Source of the DNA: Candidatus Kapaibacterium sp.
Lineage (GTDB): Bacteria; Bacteroidota; Ignavibacteria; Kapaibacteriales; Kapaibacteriaceae
NCBI GenBank assembly: GCA_030833725.1
Contig: JAURGP010000005.1
Coordinates: forward strand, 298-64,297
Length of the DNA: 64,000 nt
Direction: 5' to 3'
Shown here: positions 18,415-28,398 of the stretch, one piece after another
How positions within the stretch are numbered: the first letter of the stretch is position 1
Layout: each line of letters starts with the position of its first letter
Notes under the pieces: model-generated
Databases searched by the model: none
What the model was told of the DNA's origin: nothing
Seen by the model: the letters and a program-made list of their open reading frames with translations, nothing else
Program-made: the position numbers and the translations under genes

Positions 18415-20192
18415 CGGTTGATGACCACAGGAAGCTGGTCTACACGGCCGTGCATCGATACGCGCAAGGCGTACCGTCCTGACGAGAGTTGGTGAACGGG
18501 TAGCTGCACAAGGCGAATCTGGGGTGCCAGTGTTTCCTGGAGCAGAACTAGTGTTTCACCCGTCATCGATACCAGCTCGACGTGCACAGGACCACCGTGT
18601 TCCACAACAATCTCCGCCATACCATGATCCACCATGGGCATTGGCGCCAAGCGCACGGCAGTCGGTGCTACCGAAGCCTCGTCGTCAACAGACGTGGTTC
18701 CAGACACAAAGTACCGTGATGTCACGGGAAGGTGATCCGACACGGTCGAAGAATAACTCGACAGGTAGGCCTGTGGTGCCTCTAGGAACGTACGATGGTG
18801 GAACGGCTGAAGATCTGTCGTCACCAGTGCATGATCGAGGAAGCTGCTAGCAAACCCGATGTACGACTTCAATCCCCGCTCTTCCATCGGCAGGGTGGGC
18901 GACCACCAGCGTTCGGTGTCGTTGATGAAGTTTGCAAACGGAGACGGCAGCGTGGAATCCACAATCGAGTATCCGAGAGCGTCGTTCAGGTCGCCCATGA
19001 TGATCATGGATGTGTCGGCGTAGAAGTCTGCCAGGTACTGGTGGAACGTTTCGGCATCGGCCTTCCGACGCTCGTAGTCCTCCATCATGGTCGAGTCGCT
19101 GGTAGCCTTTCCATGCAGGGTAAAGAACACCATGCGCTTGGTGGTGCCGTCGATCGTGGCATCGAAGGTCATCCGGAATGGATACCGCCCATTGGCCCAG
19201 GCCTGAGCTCCACCATTCACGGCAAGTCCAGTGGTAAGGGGCGTAATGGTTTCGCGGTTGTAGATGTAGGCCATTTTCTGATCGCTGGTCACCTGAGCGG
19301 CAAGATCATTCCCGTACAATCCCGCGACCGAGTCGCTTAGGGCATCAAGGGCCTCCTGGGACAGCACTTCCTGAAGGGCATAGATATCAGCTTGGATGCT
19401 GTCCATCACCTGACGAATGCTCCGGCGCTGGCGGTCCTTATCGCGTGGTCCACGAGCCGTATCGGCCGTACCATACCACTCCAAGTTCCAGGATGTAACG
19501 TCAAGGGTGCGACGCTTGCTCACCGTGTCTTCCTCTACCGACAAACCGATATCGGTGGCAAAACGAGGGAACATCTGGTAGGCACCGCGGAACTGGCTGA
19601 CACAGCCAATGACGTCGACCGGTTCGGTAGGGATCGGCAGGGAGTTGCGAGCAATGTCCGTTGCACCGTCGATGCGAACCTGAAACAGGTTGCCCTGACT
19701 GTCCTCGAGATCGTAGTTCGTCTCGCTCTGGAACGAGCCTTTTGCGAGAAAGGTCACGCGACGTAGGCGGATGAGCATGCCTTCTTCGTTCTCGCCAACG
19801 AGTGGAATCGTCGTTGTCTTTGGTCGCGGATCTATGCGCTCAACTGGGACGACGGTAAACCGAAAGTCCGTTCCCGCCAACTCGGTAAGCCCCGTACCCG
19901 GCGCACCTGTCGTAGCCTGAAACTCGATGAGTGTAGCATTCTCGATGATCACGGAATCACCGATGCGGGTACCCGCATTGAATCCAGCATTGAACACAGC
20001 AACGCCCGCTGTGCCATCCTCGATGTAGGCTGTATTGCGAAACACATTGGCAGCCGTTACGCGACCGGCAACCTTTGCGACCACCGAGCCGAACTCCTGT
20101 TTCCGGGCATCGGCGATGGAGATCACGTCCTGGCTAACAGCCGTGCTTGCGCCAATGGCCAGCAGAAGCGTCATGAGAAGTCGTTGCACCAT
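18411..20192 (-). CDS. Secreted endonuclease/exonuclease/phosphatase (EEP) family protein with a T9SS C-terminal domain.
   Basis: Signal peptide MVQRLLMTLLLAIGASTAVSQ. EEP fold motifs (TSWNLEWYG, later DH pair). Final ~75 aa (VELVSMTGETLVLLQE...LSSGRYALRV) match a T9SS CTD. Confidence 0.6.
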   Translation of the reverse strand: MVQRLLMTLLLAIGASTAVSQDVISIADARKQEFGSVVAKVAGRVTAANVFRNTAYIEDGTAGVAVFNAGFNAGTRIGDSVIIENATLIEFQATTGAPGTGLTELAGTDFRFTVVPVERIDPRPKTTTIPLVGENEEGMLIRLRRVTFLAKGSFQSETNYDLEDSQGNLFQVRIDGATDIARNSLPIPTEPVDVIGCVSQFRGAYQMFPRFATDIGLSVEEDTVSKRRTLDVTSWNLEWYGTADTARGPRDKDRQRRSIRQVMDSIQADIYALQEVLSQEALDALSDSVAGLYGNDLAAQVTSDQKMAYIYNRETITPLTTGLAVNGGAQAWANGRYPFRMTFDATIDGTTKRMVFFTLHGKATSDSTMMEDYERRKADAETFHQYLADFYADTSMIIMGDLNDALGYSIVDSTLPSPFANFINDTERWWSPTLPMEERGLKSYIGFASSFLDHALVTTDLQPFHHRTFLEAPQAYLSSYSSTVSDHLPVTSRYFVSGTTSVDDEASVAPTAVRLAPMPMVDHGMAEIVVEHGGPVHVELVSMTGETLVLLQETLAPQIRLVQLPVHQLSSGRYALRVSMHGRVDQLPVVINR

Positions 20193-20222
20193 GGAATCCT
20201 GTCCTTATCTCACTGAATGGAA

Positions 20223-20903
20223 TTACTCAAACATCTGCAATGCTATAGAATCGCGTAGCGGGGGGGCGGCATCGTAAGCATACATCGTATATGACTTGCC
20301 GGCTTCGAGTGTGGCTGTGAATCGAGCCGCTACCGTGGTGGTTTCCCACTCACGTGCTTCGAACGTGTATTCTCCCGCTGGGAAGGACGTGTAGGCCGAG
20401 GCGATACCCGGATCAAAGATCTCCGCAAAGGCACGTTGTCCGCTTTGGGTGAACACCTCCAAGGTGACAAACTGATCGGTGTTCTCGGCCATGTGGACGA
20501 AGCGCACAACGGGATTGGCCGTAGCGGCAATGGAGGTGTCCTGCAGGGCACGCCGAAACTCGATGAGCCGGCTCTGAGAACCACGGGCAAACAGGATCAC
20601 ATTCGCGCCCCCACCCAGGGTGTAGAAGAGGGTGTCCCTGCGAAGGTCAGCACCATTGGACTTGAACACGAAACCGATCGGGCGACCAGCTGGCACGCTG
20701 ACATAGGCCGAGGGCGAACCGCGCTCAGCCACAATGGATGTAGATGCGTCAATGACGGTTTCCAAGACGGAAACATCCTGCGTGGTGTTTACGATTTTCA
20801 CGTTTGCTGGTTCCGGCGTAGGGAACACGAGCACATCATCGGTACAGGCTGAGAGCAGTACTGTCAGTCCGATGAGAAGTGAGAGTTGGAGTCGTCGATT
20901 CAT
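20223..20903 (-). CDS. Lipoprotein with DUF4397-like duplicated repeat.
   Basis: Lipobox LLSAC after a signal peptide. Two internally similar halves. No catalytic motif recognised. Confidence 0.4.
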   Translation of the reverse strand: MNRRLQLSLLIGLTVLLSACTDDVLVFPTPEPANVKIVNTTQDVSVLETVIDASTSIVAERGSPSAYVSVPAGRPIGFVFKSNGADLRRDTLFYTLGGGANVILFARGSQSRLIEFRRALQDTSIAATANPVVRFVHMAENTDQFVTLEVFTQSGQRAFAEIFDPGIASAYTSFPAGEYTFEAREWETTTVAARFTATLEAGKSYTMYAYDAAPPLRDSIALQMFE

Positions 20904-20914
20904 CGTGCTGTATC

Positions 20915-23900
20915 CTAGAACGTGTAGCGGATGCCAAACTGCATGCGCCAGCGGGAGAAGAAGTTGTCTACCGTGTAGATGCCGGCCTGCCCATTCGTGA
21001 CCGGTTCGGTGTAGGTCATGCGTAGGCGTCCCTGATCGTCGAAGGGGTTGGTTCCGATCGGAGCAAGACCGAACAGGTTGTAGCTCTGGAAACTCACAAA
21101 CCGTACGATACCCCAGTCTGGGTTGAGCAGATTGAGCAGATTCTGGACATCGAGGGTGATCTGGAGCTTGTTACCCAAGGCAGGAAGGTTCTGAGCGATG
21201 CGCAGATCCAATTGATAGCGCCACGGTTCACGAAGAGCATTCCGAGGCAGCACAGACCCTTGGTACTGTTTTAGCACCGGGTTGGCATCAATCAACGCCA
21301 TGAGCTGTTCCCAGATCTGCTCCGGCGTACGAAGATCGGTGCCTTGTGGCGGGGCAATCACGACACGTGTGCCATAGTCCTCCCGGTTGGGAATGTAGAG
21401 CAGGTCGTTACCGCCAGAGGCGTTGTCGCCGTTGTAGTCCTGAACGTATGACACCGAGTACGGCCTACCAGTTTGGGCTGAGAAATACATTGCTACCGTG
21501 GTCGATACATCCTTCGACCAGTCAAACGTATAGGCAGCATTCGAGAGAATGCGGTGCGGGACGTCGAAGTTCGATCGTGCGGCAACGGCGTTGTTGGGGT
21601 CGAGAGCGTCAGAGAATTGCCACTGTGAGCTGGCCGTGGCCGACAAACTCGAGTTGAGGTCCTCCGAGCGTCCGTACGTGTAGGAAAGCGAACCCGAGAC
21701 ACCAGGTAGGATGGCGTTCCGCGCGTCGAGCTGCAACTGACCGGATACTGACCATTGATAGCCGGCTGTTTTGCTTCGCAGCAACAGGACTTGGGTGAAC
21801 TCTGGTGCTCGGAGGGAGTCCTGACGTGTGCCTGCATAGAGTGGTCTACCGTCGATTGGACTGACGCCAATGATCGTGTCTCCGTTGATCACCCAGCTAC
21901 GCTTCGAGGGTTCGAGGTTCAGGTTCGCATAGTCGACTTGGTTCAGGAACGCCCCGTACATTCCTTCCAGCGTAAAGGAGAGCCCCTTGGCAAGCTTTAC
22001 GTCAAATCCCAGCGTACTGCGCCATACCTGCGGGAGTTGGAAGTTGCGATCCGTGATGTTGATGGCCGAGGTATTGATTGGTGTGCCCGGATATCCTACA
22101 TCGCCTGGACGCGGTGGAGGACCGGTAAGATCCCACTTGTATGGGTTACCCGCGGAATCCAGAATCACCGCTTGGGAGTTGAATGCCCCTAACTGTGCAC
22201 GGAAGAGGTCGATGCCGGTGTTTGAGTACTGGTTCGACAACCATACGGCTGCCACACGTCCCGAAAACAAACCTGTACCACCGCGCAGTTGAATCGTGCG
22301 GTCTCCGGTGACATCGTAATTGAACCCGAACCGAGGAGAGAACAACAACGCAGCCTGCGGAACTTCACTGGTAGACAAGCCCGGAAAACGCTGAGCGAAG
22401 ACAGGGTTGTCGTACGGCTGTGTGATGTACAAAGGCATGTCCACGCGCACACCGCCGGTGAGACGCACCTGAGGGCTCACCTGCCATTCATCCATGGCAT
22501 ACAGGCCTACCTGCAGCATCCACCACGCGGCACGTGGTTGATCTGTTCCGGTAACGGCTAGGTTAGCATAACTGACTTGGTACGAATTCGCCGTGCTATC
22601 AGCGAATGCTTCAAGGTTCGGATACTGATACGATCCAAGGTAGTCTTGAATGAATAAGTTGTTGAAGCGTGAAAGTTCGTTGTGTGTGCCAATCGTCAGC
22701 GTGTGGTCGCCGGCGAAGAGCGTGAAGTCGTCCGTCAGCGAGATGAGGGTCTGGTCCAGTGCGTTAGCCTGCGAGTTGCGCTCGGTACCAAGGATGATGT
22801 TCTGACCGGAACCCACAACGATCCTCACCTCCGGAAACGGATTCGGTGGCAGGACACGATCGTCATTGGTCTGCGTGACCGAGACACGGAGCTCGTTGGC
22901 AGCCGCCGCGCCCATGATGGAGTTCCACTGGAACACCGTCTGGTTGTTGATGCTGGTGAAGGTGTTGACGCGACTGCTCAGGCTATAGGTGAAGTTGTTC
23001 CGAGTCAGGTTCCGATCCTGAATCGCATACGTGAAGTTATGCCGCAACTGAAACTTGTTCTGTTCATCCAAGTTCCAGTCCAGACGGGCAATCACGTTCA
23101 CCGTATTGTTGCGGTTGTTGAATAAGTCGTAGGTACCGGGATCGTAGCCATAGCGATCCTTCGAGATGGCGATGATCTGGTCGAATACCGCCGTTGGCAC
23201 GGCGAAGTTGTTGAGTGCATTGGGATCGTTGATCGCTACGTCCACCGGCGTGGATCGCAGTCGTGCCTCAGCAGTCACGTGGAACAGCAGCTTGTTCTCG
23301 ATGATGGGGCCACCAAGTCGGCCGCCAAACTGAAAGTCCCGAAATTCTTCAAAGGGCTGTCGGTAGACATCGGGACTGTTTCCAACGAGGTATTGGTTTC
23401 GTCCGTAGAAGAACACCGATCCGGCCACGGTATTGGTGCCACCACGGGTGATGGCATTAATTAAGCCGCCCGTGAATCCGTTCTGGCGCACGTCGTATGG
23501 CGACACCTCTACCTTCAAGCGCTCGATGGCGTCGAGAGAGACAAAGTTGGAATTGGCTTGCGAACCCGCCGTTCCGGCTGAACCGAGGGCGAACAGGTCG
23601 TTGCTCACGGCACCGTCAATCTGGAAGTTGTTGAACCGGGAGTTGACACCCATGACGCTCACGCCCTGCAGTCCATCACTGCCGGCTGTTTCCGTCTGCG
23701 TGGTATAGGGATTGAAACGAGCAATGTCGCTGATGCTGCGGTTGATGGTCGGAGCCGATGTAATCGTGGCCTCGGAGATCACGGATGCTGAACCGGTACG
23801 CGAGGCGTCGAACAGGGCATTACGATCGGAGGTAACCTCCACGGTGCGAAGCTGAGAGATTGTAGCATACAGCGTGGCATTGAACGTGGACGTTTCTCCC

Positions 23901-24244
23901 ACGTCCACAAGCACTCTTGGCTGCGTTAGCGGCTGATAGCCCACGAAGCTCACGGTGATGGAGTAGGCTCCCGGACGGAGTCCACGCAGCGTAAACCGTC
24001 CATTCTTCTGCGTGTAGCCTCCGTAGACGGCACCTGTCGCCGCATCCGTGGCCTTCACTGTGGCCCCTTGAAGGGGGCTTCGGTCTCGGTAGGCCGCCGA
24101 AGTAGTATCGGATGCGCCGGTAATCACACCGGAGATGGAGCCCGTGGTGACCCCTTGACCATAGGCCATCAGGGATGAGAGCAAGAACACGAGGGTCAGC
24201 GGAACAGTACGACGGAGCAAGAGCATCATAGGCAGTTGGCGCAA
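20915..24244 (-). CDS. TonB-dependent outer-membrane receptor with N-terminal carboxypeptidase-regulatory-like domain.
   Basis: Signal peptide. CarbopepD_reg-like region (ATVKATDAATGAVYGGYTQKNGRFTLRGLRPGAYSITVSFVGYQP). Plug and barrel. Terminal aromatic residue (FGIRYTF) is typical of TonB-dependent receptors. 1109 aa. Confidence 0.85.
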   Translation of the reverse strand: MRQLPMMLLLRRTVPLTLVFLLSSLMAYGQGVTTGSISGVITGASDTTSAAYRDRSPLQGATVKATDAATGAVYGGYTQKNGRFTLRGLRPGAYSITVSFVGYQPLTQPRVLVDVGETSTFNATLYATISQLRTVEVTSDRNALFDASRTGSASVISEATITSAPTINRSISDIARFNPYTTQTETAGSDGLQGVSVMGVNSRFNNFQIDGAVSNDLFALGSAGTAGSQANSNFVSLDAIERLKVEVSPYDVRQNGFTGGLINAITRGGTNTVAGSVFFYGRNQYLVGNSPDVYRQPFEEFRDFQFGGRLGGPIIENKLLFHVTAEARLRSTPVDVAINDPNALNNFAVPTAVFDQIIAISKDRYGYDPGTYDLFNNRNNTVNVIARLDWNLDEQNKFQLRHNFTYAIQDRNLTRNNFTYSLSSRVNTFTSINNQTVFQWNSIMGAAAANELRVSVTQTNDDRVLPPNPFPEVRIVVGSGQNIILGTERNSQANALDQTLISLTDDFTLFAGDHTLTIGTHNELSRFNNLFIQDYLGSYQYPNLEAFADSTANSYQVSYANLAVTGTDQPRAAWWMLQVGLYAMDEWQVSPQVRLTGGVRVDMPLYITQPYDNPVFAQRFPGLSTSEVPQAALLFSPRFGFNYDVTGDRTIQLRGGTGLFSGRVAAVWLSNQYSNTGIDLFRAQLGAFNSQAVILDSAGNPYKWDLTGPPPRPGDVGYPGTPINTSAINITDRNFQLPQVWRSTLGFDVKLAKGLSFTLEGMYGAFLNQVDYANLNLEPSKRSWVINGDTIIGVSPIDGRPLYAGTRQDSLRAPEFTQVLLLRSKTAGYQWSVSGQLQLDARNAILPGVSGSLSYTYGRSEDLNSSLSATASSQWQFSDALDPNNAVAARSNFDVPHRILSNAAYTFDWSKDVSTTVAMYFSAQTGRPYSVSYVQDYNGDNASGGNDLLYIPNREDYGTRVVIAPPQGTDLRTPEQIWEQLMALIDANPVLKQYQGSVLPRNALREPWRYQLDLRIAQNLPALGNKLQITLDVQNLLNLLNPDWGIVRFVSFQSYNLFGLAPIGTNPFDDQGRLRMTYTEPVTNGQAGIYTVDNFFSRWRMQFGIRYTF

Positions 24245-24347
24245 CGCAGAACTACGCAGAATGTGGTCATCCAGTAGACTCCAAATCTACGGGATTTGCC
24301 GTCGAACGGCACATCATCTGAGCTGGATGGTCAGAGCTGCGTGATCA

Positions 24348-26027
24348 GTGCTATCTTCGCCGTCTATGCTGGGACCGTCGTACCGTGGACTACAGCGACA
24401 ACTGGACTCACTGCTCGAACTCAGCTCGCACATTGCCGATGCCGAGCCGATGGAGATCCTGAACACTGCTTTGCTGAGCGTGATGGGGCGTATCGGCGTG
24501 TTCAAGGCATGTATCGCACTTCCTGAGGATGGCGGGTTCACGGCTCCCGTCCATCTATGCAAGGGGCTCGAGCCCGTATCGCTACCAGCTGATATCGCCG
24601 TAGAGCTGCATCGTCCAGAGCCACGGTCGCTACTGGCACAGGCCGGTGTGGCCATGGTGGCTCCGCTGCTTTCCGGCAGCAGGGTCGTGGGTGTCCTTTG
24701 CCTTGGCCCATCCATGCATGTGGACGCCTTCGACGACTCAGCCGTGTCGGCCTATCTGGAGATTGCTCGGGTCATGATTGGCACGACGGCGCACAACGCA
24801 TCCCTCGTACGATCGCTGAAGCAGTCGGCGCGGGCATTGGAGCATCGCACGCTGATGATCACATCGCTGTTCGAAACGGCGCGTGACTTTGCCACGGCAC
24901 GCAATCACGAGGAGCTGTTTCGGCTGCTGTGGTATCGCGTAATGGGGCATTTGATGGTATCGCGTGTAGCGATCTTCTTGCGCGAGCCCATCAATGGCTC
25001 GCTGGTTCTGGAACAACGTGGTCTTGGTAGCCCGTATGGTAGCTCGCTGGTTCCGATCTACGATCACGTGATCGATATTGATCGTCCGATACGGATTGCA
25101 GATCTCCCGCCCAATGATGCCCAAGCAGAGGTGCTACGGTCGGCCTCGCTGGCGATGGTGGCACCACTTACGGTCCACGGAGTGTCGAAAGGGGTGATCG
25201 TTACCGGAGAGCCACTGAGCGCTCGGGTGTTTACGCAGGAGGATCTTGCCTACCTTGAGGCTGTCGGCTCTACGGCCATGATCAGCATCGAGCATATCGC
25301 TAAGCAGCGCCTCGACGACGAACTGGCGATTGCCTCGGAGATCCAGCGCGGCCTGTTACCGCAAGCGCCTTCATTTTCGGGCCTTGACATTGCCGCGCTG
25401 CACCGACCCAGTGGTCGAGTCGGCGGTGATTACTACGACGTGATTCCACTCGATGAGCACCGCGTCTTGATCGCCATCGCTGATGTTGCTGGCAAAGGAA
25501 TTCCGGCAGCCCTCCTGATGGCCAATGTCCAGGCAGCGCTGACTGTGCTGGCAGCCACGGATGTGTCGCTGTCGGCGATGATGCACCGGATCAATAGCGT
25601 GGTGTGCGAAAACACCGAGCCGGAGGTCTTCATCACAATGTGGGTTGGCGTGATTGATACGCGTCGGCAAGAGATGTCCTACGTGAACGCTGGCCACCAT
25701 CCTCCACTCCTCATTGACAGAGAGGGGGCCGTCGGGCTGATGCGCGAGGGTGGCGTACTAACCGGCGTTCTTCCCGATCCACCTCCGTACCGCATGGGAG
25801 TGCAGCCCTTTGGTAGAGATGCGCTCTTGGTGCTGTACACGGATGGCGTGGTCGAGGCTCGAACAGACGGCGAGGAGTTCGGCATGGATCGGTTGACAGA
25901 CCTGGTCCTGCGGCACCATCATGAGACGTCGGCGGTAATCGTGGAGGCGATCCGTCAGGCCGCAGAGGCGCATCACCGTGATGGAACACCCGACGATGTC
26001 ACGATTGTGGCGGTGCGGCCCAACTAA
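24348..26027 (+). CDS. GAF-domain protein fused to a PP2C-type (SpoIIE/RsbU-like) serine phosphatase.
   Basis: C-terminal PP2C/SpoIIE motifs (GGDYYDV, IADVAGKGIPAALLMA, later D-rich metal sites). Two N-terminal GAF-like modules. Confidence 0.75.
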   Translation: MLSSPSMLGPSYRGLQRQLDSLLELSSHIADAEPMEILNTALLSVMGRIGVFKACIALPEDGGFTAPVHLCKGLEPVSLPADIAVELHRPEPRSLLAQAGVAMVAPLLSGSRVVGVLCLGPSMHVDAFDDSAVSAYLEIARVMIGTTAHNASLVRSLKQSARALEHRTLMITSLFETARDFATARNHEELFRLLWYRVMGHLMVSRVAIFLREPINGSLVLEQRGLGSPYGSSLVPIYDHVIDIDRPIRIADLPPNDAQAEVLRSASLAMVAPLTVHGVSKGVIVTGEPLSARVFTQEDLAYLEAVGSTAMISIEHIAKQRLDDELAIASEIQRGLLPQAPSFSGLDIAALHRPSGRVGGDYYDVIPLDEHRVLIAIADVAGKGIPAALLMANVQAALTVLAATDVSLSAMMHRINSVVCENTEPEVFITMWVGVIDTRRQEMSYVNAGHHPPLLIDREGAVGLMREGGVLTGVLPDPPPYRMGVQPFGRDALLVLYTDGVVEARTDGEEFGMDRLTDLVLRHHHETSAVIVEAIRQAAEAHHRDGTPDDVTIVAVRPN

Positions 26028-27471
26028 AGACGTCGACGTAATGCCGTGCCGTGCGCTCGATGGAGTAGTCGCGGGCCATGGCCTGCTGGCGCAGGGTTGT
26101 CCAGTGGGGCTCGCGCCGATAGACGTGTAGCGCTCGTTCAATGGCTGTGCTCAGTGCGTCGGCCGTAAACGGTCCAAAGCGGAATCCCGTGCCGCGCATC
26201 GATACCGGATCATACTCTTCGACGGTATCGGCCAAGCCCCCTACCGATCGCACAATGGGAATCGTGCCGTAGGCCATGGCAAATAGCTGCGTTAGACCGC
26301 ACGGCTCAAACAGTGACGGCATCAGGTAGTAGTCGCTGGCCGCCTGAATCCGATGCGATAACGACTCGTCATAGCCAGTGGCGAGAAACAGATGCTGTGG
26401 GTATCGACGAGCGATGGTAGCCAAGGCCTCTTCCAGATCCGACTGCCCACTGCCTAGGACAACCATGCGAACGAGATTGCGCTCGAAGAAGGAGGGCAGC
26501 ACGTCCGGCAGAAGCTGAAGTCCTTTCTGCTCTGTGAGTCGCGTAACCATGCCCATGAGGGGAAGGGGTGCAGAGGCCTCGCCGAGATCAAGTCCGCACT
26601 CCATCAGGAGCGCTCGTTTGTTTACCTCCTTTTTGGCAAGGTCGTCCGCCGTATACGGCACGGCAAGATGCGCATCAGTGGCTGGTGACCAGACGTTGGT
26701 GTCGATCCCATTCAAGACGCCGATGAGGTCTGCACTACGTGCCTGCAGGGCTCCTTGCAGTCCCATCCCTTCAGGTGTCCAGCGGATCTCTTCGGCATAC
26801 GTGGGACTCACGGTAGTGACCTTCTGAGCAAACATGATGCCCGTCTTCATGGCATTGAACATCCCGTGATGTTCGTACCAGCTACCCGGATAGAAGTCCT
26901 GGGCTGGGAAACCACCGAGATCCATGGCTCGACCTGGCTCGTACATGCCTTGGTAGGCCATGTTGTGGATGGTGAATACCCCAGCCGTTCTCGAGAAGTG
27001 TGGCGTATGCCGGTACTCCACTGTGAGCATTGCCATCATGGGGGCGGTGTGGTAGTCGTGCGTGTGGATCACATCGGGACGGAACTCTATGGCCTTTGCC
27101 AGCTCAAATGCCGCGCGGCAGAGAAACATGAACCGTCGGTCGTTGTCATCGAAGCCATCGTGGTAGCCGTAGATGCCAGGACGATCGAAGTAGTCGGCAG
27201 AACGAATGAAGTAAACTGTGACGTCCGAGTCCGGTAGAGTGCCGGTGTACACCGTAGCGTACTCCGTCCACGTTGAACAGGCTACCGACAACACGATGGA
27301 CGTAGGGGTAATGCCGAATCGCTCGCGATCGATCGTGCCGTACAAGGGCAGTACTGGTACAACATGGTGACCATCGGCCGACCAGGCCCGCGGCAGCGCG
27401 CCCGTCATATCCGCCAGGCCACCCACCTTTGCGTAGGGTGCTACTTCGGCTGACACTTGGAGAATGTTCAT
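25999..27471 (-). CDS. glgA: Glycogen (starch) synthase, ADP-glucose type.
   Basis: N-terminal KVGGLADM (KTGGL motif). GT5/GT-B architecture. Start at MNILQVS (27471). Confidence 0.8.
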   Translation of the reverse strand: MNILQVSAEVAPYAKVGGLADMTGALPRAWSADGHHVVPVLPLYGTIDRERFGITPTSIVLSVACSTWTEYATVYTGTLPDSDVTVYFIRSADYFDRPGIYGYHDGFDDNDRRFMFLCRAAFELAKAIEFRPDVIHTHDYHTAPMMAMLTVEYRHTPHFSRTAGVFTIHNMAYQGMYEPGRAMDLGGFPAQDFYPGSWYEHHGMFNAMKTGIMFAQKVTTVSPTYAEEIRWTPEGMGLQGALQARSADLIGVLNGIDTNVWSPATDAHLAVPYTADDLAKKEVNKRALLMECGLDLGEASAPLPLMGMVTRLTEQKGLQLLPDVLPSFFERNLVRMVVLGSGQSDLEEALATIARRYPQHLFLATGYDESLSHRIQAASDYYLMPSLFEPCGLTQLFAMAYGTIPIVRSVGGLADTVEEYDPVSMRGTGFRFGPFTADALSTAIERALHVYRREPHWTTLRQQAMARDYSIERTARHYVDVFSWAAPPQS

Positions 27472-27482
27472 CGGTGCTCCCG

Positions 27483-28367
27483 TTACTCGCGCTGCCTGCA
27501 AACATAGGATGGAACATCCAGATCGGTCTGGGCGTCTTGGGCCTCCGCCGCAGAGCGGAAGATGCCGAAGATCGTTGAACCACTGCCGCTCATGCCCGCA
27601 TACAGCGCTCCGCGTGCTTGAAGTGTCTGGCAGAGTAGCTCTAGCTGTGGATACGTTTTGAAGGCATACGGCTCAAAATCGTTGCGCAGGTTCTTCAACA
27701 CTTCACTGTTGCTCAAGGCCTGCAGCACCGTGGCAGCTGGTTGTGTGCTTGGTTGTTGCCATGCACCTGTTGCAGGCAGATTCAGTGATGATCGGAGAGA
27801 TCGATAGGCTTCTTGCGTGGACACATGTACGCCCGGCAGTACCACGAGGAAGTACCACGGCAGGTACACGGGTAGGGGGGTAACTTGCTCTCCACGACCA
27901 ACAACGTGGGCAGCTCCACCATACAGGAAGAAGGGGACGTCGCTCCCGAGTTCAAGGGCAAGGGGCTCTAGCACAGCACGTGCCTCAGCGGTTGTGTAGG
28001 GGAGGCCCGTCCATGCTTCATACAAGTGTTGCAGCACGCAGGCGCCGTTCGAGGAGCCCCCTCCCAGTCCTGCTCCCGTAGGGATGCGCTTCTGGACGGT
28101 TATCTTTGCCGCTTCGGGAACACCAACTTGGTGGGCGAGCATCGCCGCGGCACGGTAGACGATGTTGTCACTCGGAGAGTCCGTCACCTCGGGTATGCTC
28201 ACGACACTGAGATCAGGAGATGCTTCGATCGTGATGTGGTCACAAAGGTTGATTTCCACGAAGACAGAATCAAGGTTGTGGAATCCATCATCTCTTGTGC
28301 CGGTGATCGATAACCCAAGGTTGAGCTTCGCACATGATTCGACGTGGATGGTAGGGAACTGGGGCAT
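27483..28367 (-). CDS. ispE: 4-diphosphocytidyl-2-C-methyl-D-erythritol kinase.
   Basis: KLNLGLSITGTRDDGFHNL and the GHMP-kinase ATP loop PTGAGLGGGSSNGA. 11-bp gap to glgA. Confidence 0.8.
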   Translation of the reverse strand: MPQFPTIHVESCAKLNLGLSITGTRDDGFHNLDSVFVEINLCDHITIEASPDLSVVSIPEVTDSPSDNIVYRAAAMLAHQVGVPEAAKITVQKRIPTGAGLGGGSSNGACVLQHLYEAWTGLPYTTAEARAVLEPLALELGSDVPFFLYGGAAHVVGRGEQVTPLPVYLPWYFLVVLPGVHVSTQEAYRSLRSSLNLPATGAWQQPSTQPAATVLQALSNSEVLKNLRNDFEPYAFKTYPQLELLCQTLQARGALYAGMSGSGSTIFGIFRSAAEAQDAQTDLDVPSYVCRQRE

Positions 28368-28398
28368 ATGATGCACGATAAAGAGAGGAAGGCGCAAT

